Positions 17,089 through 26,060 of a stretch of DNA of 64,000 nucleotides are shown piece by piece. How positions within the stretch are numbered: position 1 is the first letter of the stretch; each line of letters begins with the position of its first letter. This DNA comes from Escherichia phage vB_EcoM_Skers, in the sequence record MW748999.1. One strand, given 5' to 3'. A model generated the notes under the pieces. It did not search any database and was not told the DNA's origin. It saw nothing but the letters and a program-made list of their open reading frames with translations. Position numbers and translations under genes: made by a program.

Positions 17089-17096
17089 CAACTTTT

Positions 17097-17399
17097 TTAT
17101 TCTTCGTCTTTATCTTTATATGCGTATTTCATAAATTTGTCTGCTACTTCATCGGCATGTTCCGATTCTACGTCGGATTCGAGAACAATAGCAAGATCGG
17201 TTTCGTCGTTTCCGTCATACCAATGATTATGGGTATCGTTTTCTTCGATATAGAATGAGTCATTTGGAGTTGGACGACAATATACATCTAAATTCTCATC
17301 GATGTAAAAGATCCAATCTTCGTAAAGAATAACCGTATTAGCCAGATTTTTATTGCCTTCAACGAAAGGTTCAGCTACAAATAGCTTAGTTTGTTCCAT
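17097..17399 (-). CDS. HxHW-motif small protein family member (101 aa)
   Basis: Start trimmed to ATG 17399; YIDENL, THNHW. Confidence 0.55.
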   Translation of the reverse strand: MEQTKLFVAEPFVEGNKNLANTVILYEDWIFYIDENLDVYCRPTPNDSFYIEENDTHNHWYDGNDETDLAIVLESDVESEHADEVADKFMKYAYKDKDEE

Positions 17400-17415
17400 A
17401 ATATTTTCCTCAAAA

Positions 17416-17607
17416 TTATACAGCTTCGTAAACTTCCCAATGTTCAGCGCCAGCACGCTTAACGAAAAGGTTTTCTTTGATGTTATTCATAAACGTCTGG
17501 ATGGATTTAATGCGGTTGGAAGGTTTCCAGTCTTCGTTGGAATTGCGTCGATACATCATAACATTACCAGATCGCTTATATTCAGCAACCATTTTAAGAC
17601 CACACAT
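17416..17607 (-). CDS. Hypothetical protein (63 aa)
   Basis: ORF with SD GGAGG-like upstream. Confidence 0.5.
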   Translation of the reverse strand: MCGLKMVAEYKRSGNVMMYRRNSNEDWKPSNRIKSIQTFMNNIKENLFVKRAGAEHWEVYEAV

Positions 17608-17663
17608 AATATTATCCTCAATTTGTGGGAGAGTATTACCCTCCCGATTATTGTTATACTACA

Positions 17664-17966
17664 TTACGCAAAATGGCGTGTCAATGCTTCTTTTGCTGTT
17701 CCGCTAAGATTCTCGATCTCTCCTGGCATAACATCAACCGCCAGAACTTCTACAACATCCTCTGATCCTAACCAGTGAGTATGACCTTTGTAGAACTTGA
17801 TATCCCATTTATCGCTATCGCTAGCCCACCACACATCACCGTCGATAAAGTTGATGTAAAGCACACTACGACACATTGAATTAATTACTTTCAATACTGC
17901 GCCTTTCATATCTTCCACGGTATGGTCTTCCATTTTGAAGACCTCACCTACCTGAACTTTTGCCAT
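17664..17966 (-). CDS. HxHW-motif small protein family member (100 aa)
   Basis: GHTHW, LAVDV. Confidence 0.6.
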   Translation of the reverse strand: MAKVQVGEVFKMEDHTVEDMKGAVLKVINSMCRSVLYINFIDGDVWWASDSDKWDIKFYKGHTHWLGSEDVVEVLAVDVMPGEIENLSGTAKEALTRHFA

Positions 17967-17983
17967 TTAGTCACCTCTCTTTA

Positions 17984-18163
17984 TTACATAACAATCACGC
18001 CAGCCGTTGAAAGTTGATGTTTCAACTGAGCATTTTCTGCTACTGTCAAATCAATGATTTCTTGTGACGCTGCAATCATATAGCCATTGGTGATATTGTT
18101 TTTCATCAGTTCAATGGTTTCTTCGTTGTAGCGGATTTTAGCGATGATTTCGTTGAAGTTCAT
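17984..18163 (-). CDS. Hypothetical small protein (59 aa)
   Basis: Start trimmed to ATG 18163 downstream of PeSL promoter (MNFNEIIAKIRYN...). Confidence 0.5.
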   Translation of the reverse strand: MNFNEIIAKIRYNEETIELMKNNITNGYMIAASQEIIDLTVAENAQLKHQLSTAGVIVM

Positions 18164-18197
18164 GTTTGATTCTCCTAGTTCGTTTCGGTATGTGTGT

Positions 18198-18226
18198 AGT
18201 ATAGGGGATCGGTGATCCCCTGTCAA
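18198..18226 (-). promoter_or_regulatory. PeSL-type early promoter cassette
   Basis: TTGACA-N17-TATACT; spacer palindrome GGGGATCaccGATCCCC. Confidence 0.75.
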
Positions 18227-18239
18227 CAACTTTTTTGAA

Positions 18240-18716
18240 TTATTTTTCTTGATGCTCGCGCTCGTACTTTTCGAAATAAAATTCTACTGGCTGGTCGTGG
18301 ATTGACAGTAAGCCAAAGCGTTTAGCCGCTCGCAATCCCATATTGCGCTGAATGTACTTCTGGAAGTTCTCGCGTATACACTTACGCCAGTATTCTAAGC
18401 CCATACAGCTTTTATAAAGATTGCATTGCACACATGCCGGATTCATGTTATCAAGTATATCATGCTCCGGTTTATGCATTCCTACAACCTTATACTTCCA
18501 CGATCCATCATCATTACGGGCAATTCGTCCATTTTCATCATAGACTACCTTTGAGCGTCGCAATACTGGTTTGATGTGGTCTGCGTGCCAGCGATCCCCT
18601 AGTTCCTCGCCACAATAGGCACAACGTCCACCATATTTCATTTTCAGGATCTGGCGTTGCTCTTTCTTTGACAATTTTTTAGGTTTAGGGGCTTTCGCCC
18701 CTTCATTATCACACAT
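18240..18716 (-). CDS. HNH endonuclease
   Basis: CAYCGEEL ... WHADHIKPV ... NMNPACVQCNLYK (HNH / zinc-finger nuclease motif). Confidence 0.75.
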   Translation of the reverse strand: MCDNEGAKAPKPKKLSKKEQRQILKMKYGGRCAYCGEELGDRWHADHIKPVLRRSKVVYDENGRIARNDDGSWKYKVVGMHKPEHDILDNMNPACVQCNLYKSCMGLEYWRKCIRENFQKYIQRNMGLRAAKRFGLLSIHDQPVEFYFEKYEREHQEK

Positions 18717-20208
18717 CGAATACCTCTTTTACTGTATTTGCAGTGGTCTTGTCGTAGCGAATACGTTTGATGATCGGGAGAAATAAAGAGAACTCTGGTT
18801 CATCTTCTTTACGTGATTTGCTGCGGATATACCCGTTGCATGTCATCTCAATGACTTTTCCAATCAGGTTATGACGGTCAGCCCATAACATTTCTCGGTC
18901 AAGTTCATTTCTACGATCGAACGGAATCACACGTTCAATACCATCATCTTTTTCGGTTGTAGTGTCGGTCAATCCCGATCCGGTGTTGGTCATCATTCGT
19001 CCGCACGCACTACGGACAGTAAAACCGCCTACCTTATTAGGATCTTTACTATGCGGATATACATCAACAATTTCCGCGTCGAAGTCAATCACTTCTTTAA
19101 ATTTAACCTGATCTTTACTACGGCGATCTTCAAATACACCATGTAAATTTTTAAGGATAATACCTTCTAAGCCCATGTTTACATAGCGATGATATACTTC
19201 GCGAGCTTCATCTATATTGTTAACTACAGTGTTTTCGATTATCTGAACACGAGGATCGTTAAGTTCTTCAACAATCTGTTTTAGTTCTTCGAATCGATCT
19301 TTATATTGCTTCGTTGCTTTCTCGTTTCCGTAATACACATCACGGTCGATAACATCCCAGACAGTGTAAACAATACATTGGGCTTCTTCTTTTGGAATAG
19401 TTCCTTTCAGTGATTTGTTGAGGATACCATTTCCGGTCTGACGATCTGCAACAACGGATTCTTTTACTGCTTCCGCTACTGGCGTTAATGGCATTTCCTC
19501 TTCTTCAAATATCCATGACAGAGTACCATCATAAACGCTTTCAACGAAGTTCTGCGCTGGTGTTTGCGAAAGGGTAGGCATATATACCAATTCCCCATCT
19601 AGAACAATTCCACGGCCTCGTAGACGCTCTAAAACAGCAAACAAATCATCCAGCCCCTGATAGGTATTACCTGAACGGGTATAGATTGCTAATGTTTCCC
19701 CGTCAATATCAGCCATCCCACGAGCGCCATCGCTTTTAAGTTGTGCATACGCCGGATACTTGATATTAGCAATAGTCTTATCAGAACATGACGATGCAAG
19801 GTGGCACGGTTGCTGAGGGATCAGTTTCTTCCATACCTTGTTTGCAGTGGTAGCGGAACAACCGCATTCCAGATCACGATTCAGGACCATCATTGCAACT
19901 TTAGCATCATCTTCTGACAAGCAAGTCAGAGTATCGGTAACTAGCTGTAATGCTGCATTACCAGTTACTTGACGCGTGGCAAGTTTATTTTTAAAGACCT
20001 GTAATGCACCGGATAAAGACAATACAGACGAATAACGCGATGGTTTATCGTATTTCTTTACGCCAAACGTAACCTGTTTGCAATATGCCAGATAAAAACA
20101 TTCTTTCAGTGTTTCATTGCTTGCAGATTCTTTCAGGATCTTTTCTTTCAGCGATGTTTTGTCTGTTGCTGCAAGCTGGTTAATGATATTAAGAATTGAC
20201 ATTTTCAC
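18709..20208 (-). CDS. 30: ATP-dependent DNA ligase
   Basis: 499 aa; adenylation motif KSDGARG (KxDG); N-terminus resembles recalled T4 gp30. Confidence 0.9.
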   Translation of the reverse strand: MKMSILNIINQLAATDKTSLKEKILKESASNETLKECFYLAYCKQVTFGVKKYDKPSRYSSVLSLSGALQVFKNKLATRQVTGNAALQLVTDTLTCLSEDDAKVAMMVLNRDLECGCSATTANKVWKKLIPQQPCHLASSCSDKTIANIKYPAYAQLKSDGARGMADIDGETLAIYTRSGNTYQGLDDLFAVLERLRGRGIVLDGELVYMPTLSQTPAQNFVESVYDGTLSWIFEEEEMPLTPVAEAVKESVVADRQTGNGILNKSLKGTIPKEEAQCIVYTVWDVIDRDVYYGNEKATKQYKDRFEELKQIVEELNDPRVQIIENTVVNNIDEAREVYHRYVNMGLEGIILKNLHGVFEDRRSKDQVKFKEVIDFDAEIVDVYPHSKDPNKVGGFTVRSACGRMMTNTGSGLTDTTTEKDDGIERVIPFDRRNELDREMLWADRHNLIGKVIEMTCNGYIRSKSRKEDEPEFSLFLPIIKRIRYDKTTANTVKEVFDV

Positions 20209-20668
20209 CTCGTTTTGTTAAACGTTCACGAATATCATTGAGGATACTACAAAATTCCGATTCAGTCAATATAGTCTTTAACGGATCAGTTCCACCTATG
20301 CTATGTCGCAATTTCTTATTTCCGGTCGCGAGTAATGCTTTACAAAATTCTGGGTTATTCCGTGCCATCGTAACAAATGCCAGATGTACCAGTCTGTAAT
20401 AATGCTCACTCATTCGATGAATCGGGCGACCCTGAAAATATAACATGTGATTCTCAATCTTTTCAGTTCTTCCGGTTCTTTTTGCTTTGCCACCGTGCAT
20501 CAAAAAGATTTCTCTTTGTCTCTGAGGGTTCTTAAATCTTAGCCCCTGTAAAAATCCTTCTGTGCTGTTAATATCGCAACCAAATAGACGGAATGGTCTT
20601 TTATTGAAATTACTCAATTCACCCGATGGATAAGGTCCACCCGCATAGATATCAATTTCAGAAGTCAT
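20189..20668 (-). CDS. NADAR (YbiA-like, DUF1768) domain protein
   Basis: LSNF, STEGFLQGLRF, ALLATGNKKL and GG.DP segments match the NADAR pattern (FSNF ... SEHYFQ..KF ... LLAT). Confidence 0.55.
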   Translation of the reverse strand: MTSEIDIYAGGPYPSGELSNFNKRPFRLFGCDINSTEGFLQGLRFKNPQRQREIFLMHGGKAKRTGRTEKIENHMLYFQGRPIHRMSEHYYRLVHLAFVTMARNNPEFCKALLATGNKKLRHSIGGTDPLKTILTESEFCSILNDIRERLTKRGENVNS

Positions 20669-20822
20669 TGAAACTAATCTCGCTAATCAGAGAGAACGGA
20701 TCATAATCGTCATTAGGAATATCGATAGTAATCGAATGAGGATTTACCCATACACCAAACTGGTCTTCTTCGGTGAATACTTCGGTATGGATTTCGTGGA
20801 TGTTTACATTCATAGTTTTCAT
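20655..20822 (-). CDS. Hypothetical small protein (55 aa), not in ORF track
   Basis: ATG 20820-20822 with SD AAGGAA; stop overlaps NADAR start. Confidence 0.4.
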
Positions 20823-20861
20823 AATAAAATTCCTTAATAATCAATAACTTACAAAATCATA

Positions 20862-20894
20862 TAGCCAAAATATAGGCGGGATTATTTCCCGCCG
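20862..20894 (-). terminator. Intrinsic terminator downstream of gene 31
   Basis: GGCGGGaaataatCCCGCC followed by T-rich tract on minus strand. Confidence 0.55.
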
Positions 20895-20904
20895 TTTAAA
20901 ATCA

Positions 20905-21228
20905 TTAACCGTAAACTACCACAATATTCTGTTTGTGCGTTACAGTCCATTTCAGGTCGATCTCTTCTTCCTTCTTAACGCCGTTAATAACGTCTGGATG
21001 AGGAACTTTATTCATCTTTCCATGTGGCAGTAGAACAGTTTTACCCAGCAATTCTTTATCTACCGTTTCACCAATATCAATAATCTTACCTACCAGCGGA
21101 ATCTCGCCCATAGTGCGCTTTTGCTCAATAATGATCCCCATAGAGCTTTTTACTTCGGTCCCTGCGCTTTCTGCTTTAGCTTCGATAATTACATAATCAC
21201 CAAGTGCTTTAGGAGTTTTAACGGTCAT
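20905..21228 (-). CDS. 31: Co-chaperonin gp31 (GroES-like)
   Basis: 107 aa; GEYVI/VPHP pattern resembling recalled T4 gp31; position next to cd. Confidence 0.8.
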   Translation of the reverse strand: MTVKTPKALGDYVIIEAKAESAGTEVKSSMGIIIEQKRTMGEIPLVGKIIDIGETVDKELLGKTVLLPHGKMNKVPHPDVINGVKKEEEIDLKWTVTHKQNIVVVYG

Positions 21229-21270
21229 AATTTTTATTACCTCTTCAAATCAATACAGTTTAATGATGAA

Positions 21271-21591
21271 TTATTTATAAATTTCGACGATCTGCGCTGG
21301 AGTCAGCCCGTCTACATTAATCAGACTATCAAGCCCAAAACTACGGAAACCTTCAACTGCAATTTCATATACTGGCAAAGATGTTTCTGATTCTTTACGC
21401 GGTTTTTCAACATTAGGAACTAACCACTTTTCGTATGTTTCAAACGGCATCAGTGCCGGATCTCGCGTGGCGAACATCTCACGGACAGTACCATCTTTCT
21501 TAGTAAACTGTAAAGAGTGAGTACCTACAGCAAGCATTTTCTTTAGTGCTTCACGAAGTGCGATATTATCAATTTGTTCAGTCATTATCAA
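21271..21591 (-). CDS. Hypothetical protein (106 aa)
   Basis: ORF overlap-coupled to cd. Confidence 0.55.
   Translation of the reverse strand: MIMTEQIDNIALREALKKMLAVGTHSLQFTKKDGTVREMFATRDPALMPFETYEKWLVPNVEKPRKESETSLPVYEIAVEGFRSFGLDSLINVDGLTPAQIVEIYK
21272..21279 (-). promoter_or_regulatory. T4-type late promoter (TATAAATA) upstream of gene 31
   Basis: Minus-strand TATAAATA about 44 nt upstream of gene 31 ATG, overlapping the stop of the upstream ORF. Confidence 0.5.
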
Positions 21592-22084
21592 TACCCTTCA
21601 AATCAGTCAATAATGCTTTTGGAATACGCGTAACCGTAATGTCGGCTTTATCCAAAATATCAGCCCAATCACGCCCACCATTTCGGTCGTATGTATCGCA
21701 ATAGTATAGATGTTTAATACCACTGTTTGCAATTGCTTTAGCGCAATCTGGACACGGTGAAGCAGTACACCACATACTAGCGCCTTCAATCGATACACCG
21801 CTACGGGCAGCAAACAAAATAGCATTTAATTCAGCGTGGATCTCGTTTTTCTGTGACCATGCACTATGTTCTGGTCGTTTTTCTGGGATCATTTTACCGT
21901 CACCATCCAGCCAACCGCTTTTATGTGCATGACAGCTACAATTTACTTGCCCTGCTGGAGTGCCATTAAATCCAGTAGAAATGATTCGCCCGTCTTTTTC
22001 AATTAGTGCGCCTACCTTCCACGAAACACATTTAGAGTTCTTTGCGATTAGATAGGCGATCTGCATGTAAGTTTGTGACAACAT
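21578..22084 (-). CDS. cd: dCMP deaminase
   Basis: Zinc-binding motifs HAELNAI and PCPDCAKAI. Confidence 0.9.
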   Translation of the reverse strand: MLSQTYMQIAYLIAKNSKCVSWKVGALIEKDGRIISTGFNGTPAGQVNCSCHAHKSGWLDGDGKMIPEKRPEHSAWSQKNEIHAELNAILFAARSGVSIEGASMWCTASPCPDCAKAIANSGIKHLYYCDTYDRNGGRDWADILDKADITVTRIPKALLTDLKGIDND

Positions 22085-22105
22085 AATATAATCCTCACAT
22101 ATTAA

Positions 22106-22309
22106 TTAACCGTATACGCGAAAGTATTCTACTGATCCGTCGCTATATTGTTTTACATTGAATGTATTCACGCCATGATCATTGCTCATAATGACATACA
22201 CACTGCGACGCTCATCACTAAACGGGTTAACTGGTGCTGGTTCAATTTCAACATTAAAACCACGTTTAGCAAGTGCTTCGCCTAATTGCTTGAGTTTATC
22301 GGTAAACAT
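22106..22309 (-). CDS. Hypothetical protein (67 aa)
   Basis: ORF between pseT and cd. Confidence 0.5.
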   Translation of the reverse strand: MFTDKLKQLGEALAKRGFNVEIEPAPVNPFSDERRSVYVIMSNDHGVNTFNVKQYSDGSVEYFRVYG

Positions 22310-23187
22310 TAAAAGTCTCCGTAGTTAACCTGAAAACATTCTACACCAATTGAGCGGTACATGTCAACCACTTGATCACGGTCATCTACTGCCAAAACAA
22401 CATGATATCGCGGTGCAATTTCAGAGAAGAAAATCTCTTTCTTTACTTCATGATCAGGACGACGATCATTAGTTTCACGTTGAAAGTGATCACTAGGTTC
22501 AATACCCTGTTCACGCAACCATTGCAGAGTATCTTCTTCGCAAACATCCTCACGCCCTGAGCATGTAATGATACGATAGCCATTATCACGATACAGTTTA
22601 AGCATTTCGACCACTTGCTGACGTGGTTTATCTTCTTTGACCTTTGTCCAGTCAAACGGATGACGACCGCCCTTATCCGCTAATGTTCCATCAATATCAA
22701 AGATCACTGCCTTTGGCAGCATAGTATTCGGTTTGTATACTTCTTGACCCATATATTCCTGCATCAGATAAAATTGGTTACGCAAATGAGAAAGTGGAAT
22801 TGCTTTCTCGCCGCGATAGAAATTACGTTTCTTTAGTGTCTCAAACGGTTCATTGAACACTTGTTCAGTATACACCGCGTTAAATTCTTTTGCAAGTTCT
22901 TTGTAGAATACACGATGTTTTTCTTTCAGGTTGGTATCAGAGATAATGATACTCAATCCGCGTGATAGAGTCTCGCGAGCAATCATTCTCTGAATAGACT
23001 CTACCAGCTTTTCCTTTTCCTTAGTATATTTGTATTTCAAAAGTGAGTCAACACCAAACAACATAAGACGAAGGTCATCACGATTCACATTACGATAATT
23101 ACTAAACCTTTTACATGTTTCCATAGCCCATGTAGTTTTACCGGACCCAGAACAACCAACGGTTAAAATCACTTCACATTTCGGCAT
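22309..23187 (-). CDS. pseT: Polynucleotide kinase / 3'-phosphatase
   Basis: Walker A GCSGSGKTT; HAD phosphatase motif VIFDIDGTL; start trimmed to MPKCEVIL by comparison with recalled T4 Pnk. Confidence 0.85.
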   Translation of the reverse strand: MPKCEVILTVGCSGSGKTTWAMETCKRFSNYRNVNRDDLRLMLFGVDSLLKYKYTKEKEKLVESIQRMIARETLSRGLSIIISDTNLKEKHRVFYKELAKEFNAVYTEQVFNEPFETLKKRNFYRGEKAIPLSHLRNQFYLMQEYMGQEVYKPNTMLPKAVIFDIDGTLADKGGRHPFDWTKVKEDKPRQQVVEMLKLYRDNGYRIITCSGREDVCEEDTLQWLREQGIEPSDHFQRETNDRRPDHEVKKEIFFSEIAPRYHVVLAVDDRDQVVDMYRSIGVECFQVNYGDF

Positions 23188-23639
23188 TATTTCTCCTTCG
23201 GTTTGCACCGTTCCTCATTAAGTTCTTTTCGATAATAACACATGATCAACTTACTTTCAAGTGTATATCTCTTAATATCCGCAAGCCAGACTCTGAATTT
23301 TTGGGAGTCCTCCCACGACATAGAAACTCTAGGTTTACCGTCTATTGTATCCACTTTCAGGTCAATGTCAACTTTTTCTATTGGTGCTGGTAGTGGAGGA
23401 TGTAATTTCGGTTCCTGTGAATAATGGTCCATTGTACACGAAGAAAGAGCAAATACAATAGGTACAGCGCAGACATGGATTATGGCGGTCTGAAAATTCT
23501 TATGTGCTTTCTTAAACATCCAGTGTATCACGAAAATTGAAAACACCATCAGGATAATAATGCTTGCACCTATCCCCAGATAATCAACAAGATTAAAATT
23601 GTTTATCTGCTCTTGCGTAGACAATATTTCTATGCTCAT
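23187..23639 (-). CDS. Putative o-spanin-like membrane lipoprotein (Rz1-like) with N-terminal extension
   Basis: Internal signal/lipobox-like FALSSC then proline-rich segment PPLPAPIEK; adjacent to i-spanin and pseT, as T4 pseT.2/pseT.3. Confidence 0.45.
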   Translation of the reverse strand: MSIEILSTQEQINNFNLVDYLGIGASIIILMVFSIFVIHWMFKKAHKNFQTAIIHVCAVPIVFALSSCTMDHYSQEPKLHPPLPAPIEKVDIDLKVDTIDGKPRVSMSWEDSQKFRVWLADIKRYTLESKLIMCYYRKELNEERCKPKEK

Positions 23640-23959
23640 TTAGTCGCCTCCTTTAATTCTTCGGTAAACTCCTTAAATGAATCATTAAGCTGTTTCTCTA
23701 CCAACTTGGGTTTTTGTGCTACTACATAGCCTCGTGTAGCGTCTTTCATTGCTTTGTTTTGTTCTTCTGCAAACTTAGTTCTTATTCCGTACATCTCCTT
23801 TTGTAGTGAGTCTACGACCTTCATCTTTTCATCTGTCTTTTTCTTATATTCTGTAAATTCCTGATTCAGTCGATCTACCTCTTTTTTATTTTCCCACCAC
23901 ATATTGCCACCCACCCCCAGCAATACAGATATGATAACAATGTATATCAGCTTTGACAT
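23636..23959 (-). CDS. Putative i-spanin (Rz-like)
   Basis: Start trimmed to ATG 23959 (SD GGGGG); N-terminal TM helix then coiled-coil periplasmic domain. Confidence 0.55.
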   Translation of the reverse strand: MSKLIYIVIISVLLGVGGNMWWENKKEVDRLNQEFTEYKKKTDEKMKVVDSLQKEMYGIRTKFAEEQNKAMKDATRGYVVAQKPKLVEKQLNDSFKEFTEELKEATK

Positions 23960-23969
23960 ATTACCCCCA

Positions 23970-23999
23970 ACGACAAAAGGCGGGGAACTAGCCCCGCTT
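23970..23999 (-). terminator. Intrinsic terminator downstream of rnlA
   Basis: AAGCGGGGctagttCCCCGCCTT followed by TTTTG on minus strand. Confidence 0.55.
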
Positions 24000-24003
24000 A
24001 TTA

Positions 24004-25173
24004 TTACCAATCAATCTTATCAGCCGGAATAAGTTTCTTATAATTCCGTAGATAGTAAGTTTTCATTGAATCCATAATACGGTCATAATCAAGACCATCA
24101 AATGCAATCATCAGACACATGAAAATATATGCTTGTGCATCACCGTGTTTACGTGATTCGATAGTCGCATTTGATGCATATGTCTTTCTGTCTTCTCCCG
24201 CGTGTGCGTTATAAAATTCTGTTGCTGTCGTGAAGGCATTGCGAAGAATAGACCTGAATGCTTCCTCGAATAGCTCGATTCGTTCCATTGCTTCCGGTTC
24301 GCCTTCATATGCAGCACGCAAATCATCGGTTTCGCTTTCTACGACATAGTAGATCAGGTTATTAGGAAACATCGATGTGTTTTTAATGTTGTGCACACCA
24401 ATATACCATTCACTCTTCACTTTGAACATTTGACCGTCTTTAGTGCGGGCAACAATTCCTTCGATACCTTCTGCGATCCTAACTTCATCAAGAATATTGC
24501 TAAAACGCGCTGAATCAACCTGTAACGCATTTACCAGATGAGGACGTAGGATTGCGTCAGCAAATAGCATTTGATGCGGTACGTACTCTCCTGTGACGTT
24601 ATGGCGTACATTCAGAAGTGTTAGCGACGGTTCAGAATATTCTACAACAATTCGGTTGCTGGGTGCTGTATATTCAAAGTTGAAAGTATAATCAGACCCA
24701 ATATCAGCAATCTTAGCGCGTAGATCCGCATACTTCTCTGAATACAGAAGACCGTTTGCTCTCTCTGCCTGGCTTGAGTACAAGGCCGCTTTAGACTTCA
24801 ACTGAACATAGCCGTTATCAATGTATGTGCTTACTAGACTACCGTCCATTTTGTCCATGACCATTTCCACATCTTCCGGCTTAAAGCGAGCGCGATCATT
24901 CTCGCCCAAATTAAAAAACTTCTCCATAGGACGAGATGCGATGCGGACCGGACGACCTTTATCGTCAATTTCAAACATGATCCCGCGACACTCTAACGCA
25001 TCTGGTTTATTCCACATTTCCGGTTTGCTCAAGTACAGATAGCTAAAAATGCGCATACGGGTTTGCATCGCCGTAATTTCATCTTTGTAATAGAACGTAT
25101 CAGATCCGTCACATAGTGCCATCAGATTTTTGAACAATGCTAAAACTTTTTTGTTGTTTTCTTTTGTTGACAT
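24004..25173 (-). CDS. rnlA: RNA ligase 1
   Basis: 389 aa; nucleotidyltransferase motif KMDGSL; N-terminal LFKNLMALC resembles recalled T4 Rnl1. Confidence 0.85.
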   Translation of the reverse strand: MSTKENNKKVLALFKNLMALCDGSDTFYYKDEITAMQTRMRIFSYLYLSKPEMWNKPDALECRGIMFEIDDKGRPVRIASRPMEKFFNLGENDRARFKPEDVEMVMDKMDGSLVSTYIDNGYVQLKSKAALYSSQAERANGLLYSEKYADLRAKIADIGSDYTFNFEYTAPSNRIVVEYSEPSLTLLNVRHNVTGEYVPHQMLFADAILRPHLVNALQVDSARFSNILDEVRIAEGIEGIVARTKDGQMFKVKSEWYIGVHNIKNTSMFPNNLIYYVVESETDDLRAAYEGEPEAMERIELFEEAFRSILRNAFTTATEFYNAHAGEDRKTYASNATIESRKHGDAQAYIFMCLMIAFDGLDYDRIMDSMKTYYLRNYKKLIPADKIDW

Positions 25174-25570
25174 AATTTGTGTTCCATTCTGGTTTAAATT
25201 TGGTGATCAAAACAGGTTCTTCGATATCGGCAGTGCTTATAATATCTTTACCCGTTGGATTCTCAATATATAACTCAAAGCACTGGCGGTAATAGAATGT
25301 TACTGTCTTCCCTTCCTCTAGCGCCTTATGAATATTCTTACTCTTGCGAGTATCCGCCGTTGGTGTCTGTCTGTTAATGCTAGTCCGGTAATAATTGATC
25401 CGCTTTCTGAGATTAACAGTCTGACCAATATATACCAGTTCATCATCAACCACAATAGCGTAAAGAACATTTAAACGGTTCTTCTGAGGCGGTAGAATCA
25501 CATCACCATCTTTACACTCTAAACATGAATATTTAACGAATCCATAGTTTTCTATTAGCTCATTAATCAT
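25109..25570 (-). CDS. denA: Endonuclease II (GIY-YIG family)
   Basis: VLYAIVVDDELVYIGQTVNLRKRINYYRT closely matches recalled T4 EndoII; 3' end overlaps rnlA start by about 65 nt. Confidence 0.8.
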   Translation of the reverse strand: MINELIENYGFVKYSCLECKDGDVILPPQKNRLNVLYAIVVDDELVYIGQTVNLRKRINYYRTSINRQTPTADTRKSKNIHKALEEGKTVTFYYRQCFELYIENPTGKDIISTADIEEPVLITKFKPEWNTNYVNKRKQQKSFSIVQKSDGTM

Positions 25571-25587
25571 TATCCTTTCCTCACGTC

Positions 25588-25614
25588 ACAACAAAGGCGG
25601 GATTTCTCCCGCCC
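25588..25614 (-). terminator. Possible hairpin terminator
   Basis: GGCGGGAgaaaTCCCGCC; weak T-tract. Confidence 0.35.
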
Positions 25615-25620
25615 ACCTTA

Positions 25621-26019
25621 TTAACTTTCCAGAATATCGCGAGCTTCGTTACGCTCCTTGATGATTTTCAGGACAAATTCCAGTTTTTCTTTGTTCAGTG
25701 TTCCGTTTTCCATTGCTTCTTTGACGGTAAACACTCCGCCACCTTGCCCGTATACAGTGACAGTGATTTCACCTAACATCGTGGTATGAAAACCGCCAAT
25801 TTTCGGTGATTCGAAAGAAACAATTACCTCGCGGACATTATTACCGTCGTTGATTTCTGAGAGGGTAATGTCGTTTTTGTAGGCGGTTGCTTTAACCATA
25901 CGGATCAGCATAGTCTGATCTGGGGAGATGGTCATTTTGTCCATTGCATGTTGCAATGCAGCGTAACCGAAAACTTTAACGAAGTCCAGAACGTCTTTGC
26001 GAGTTTGAAATTTAATCAT
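25621..26019 (-). CDS. Hypothetical protein (132 aa)
   Basis: ORF with SD AGGAG downstream of PeSL. Confidence 0.6.
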   Translation of the reverse strand: MIKFQTRKDVLDFVKVFGYAALQHAMDKMTISPDQTMLIRMVKATAYKNDITLSEINDGNNVREVIVSFESPKIGGFHTTMLGEITVTVYGQGGGVFTVKEAMENGTLNKEKLEFVLKIIKERNEARDILES

Positions 26020-26060
26020 CTTGATACTCCTTAGTAAGTTAGTTTCGTTTCGATGGGGGT

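Noticed and set aside
20669-20904. tRNA gene in the ligase to gene 31 intergenic region
   Set aside because: No cloverleaf-compatible segment with anticodon stem-loop found by eye; the region is explained by a small ORF and a terminator hairpin. A tRNA scan would be needed to exclude it formally.
23187-23639. Single 150-aa unimolecular spanin
   Set aside because: The adjacent 107-aa protein has the TM plus coiled-coil layout of an i-spanin, so a two-component spanin is more likely; the N-terminal extension of the lipoprotein remains unexplained.
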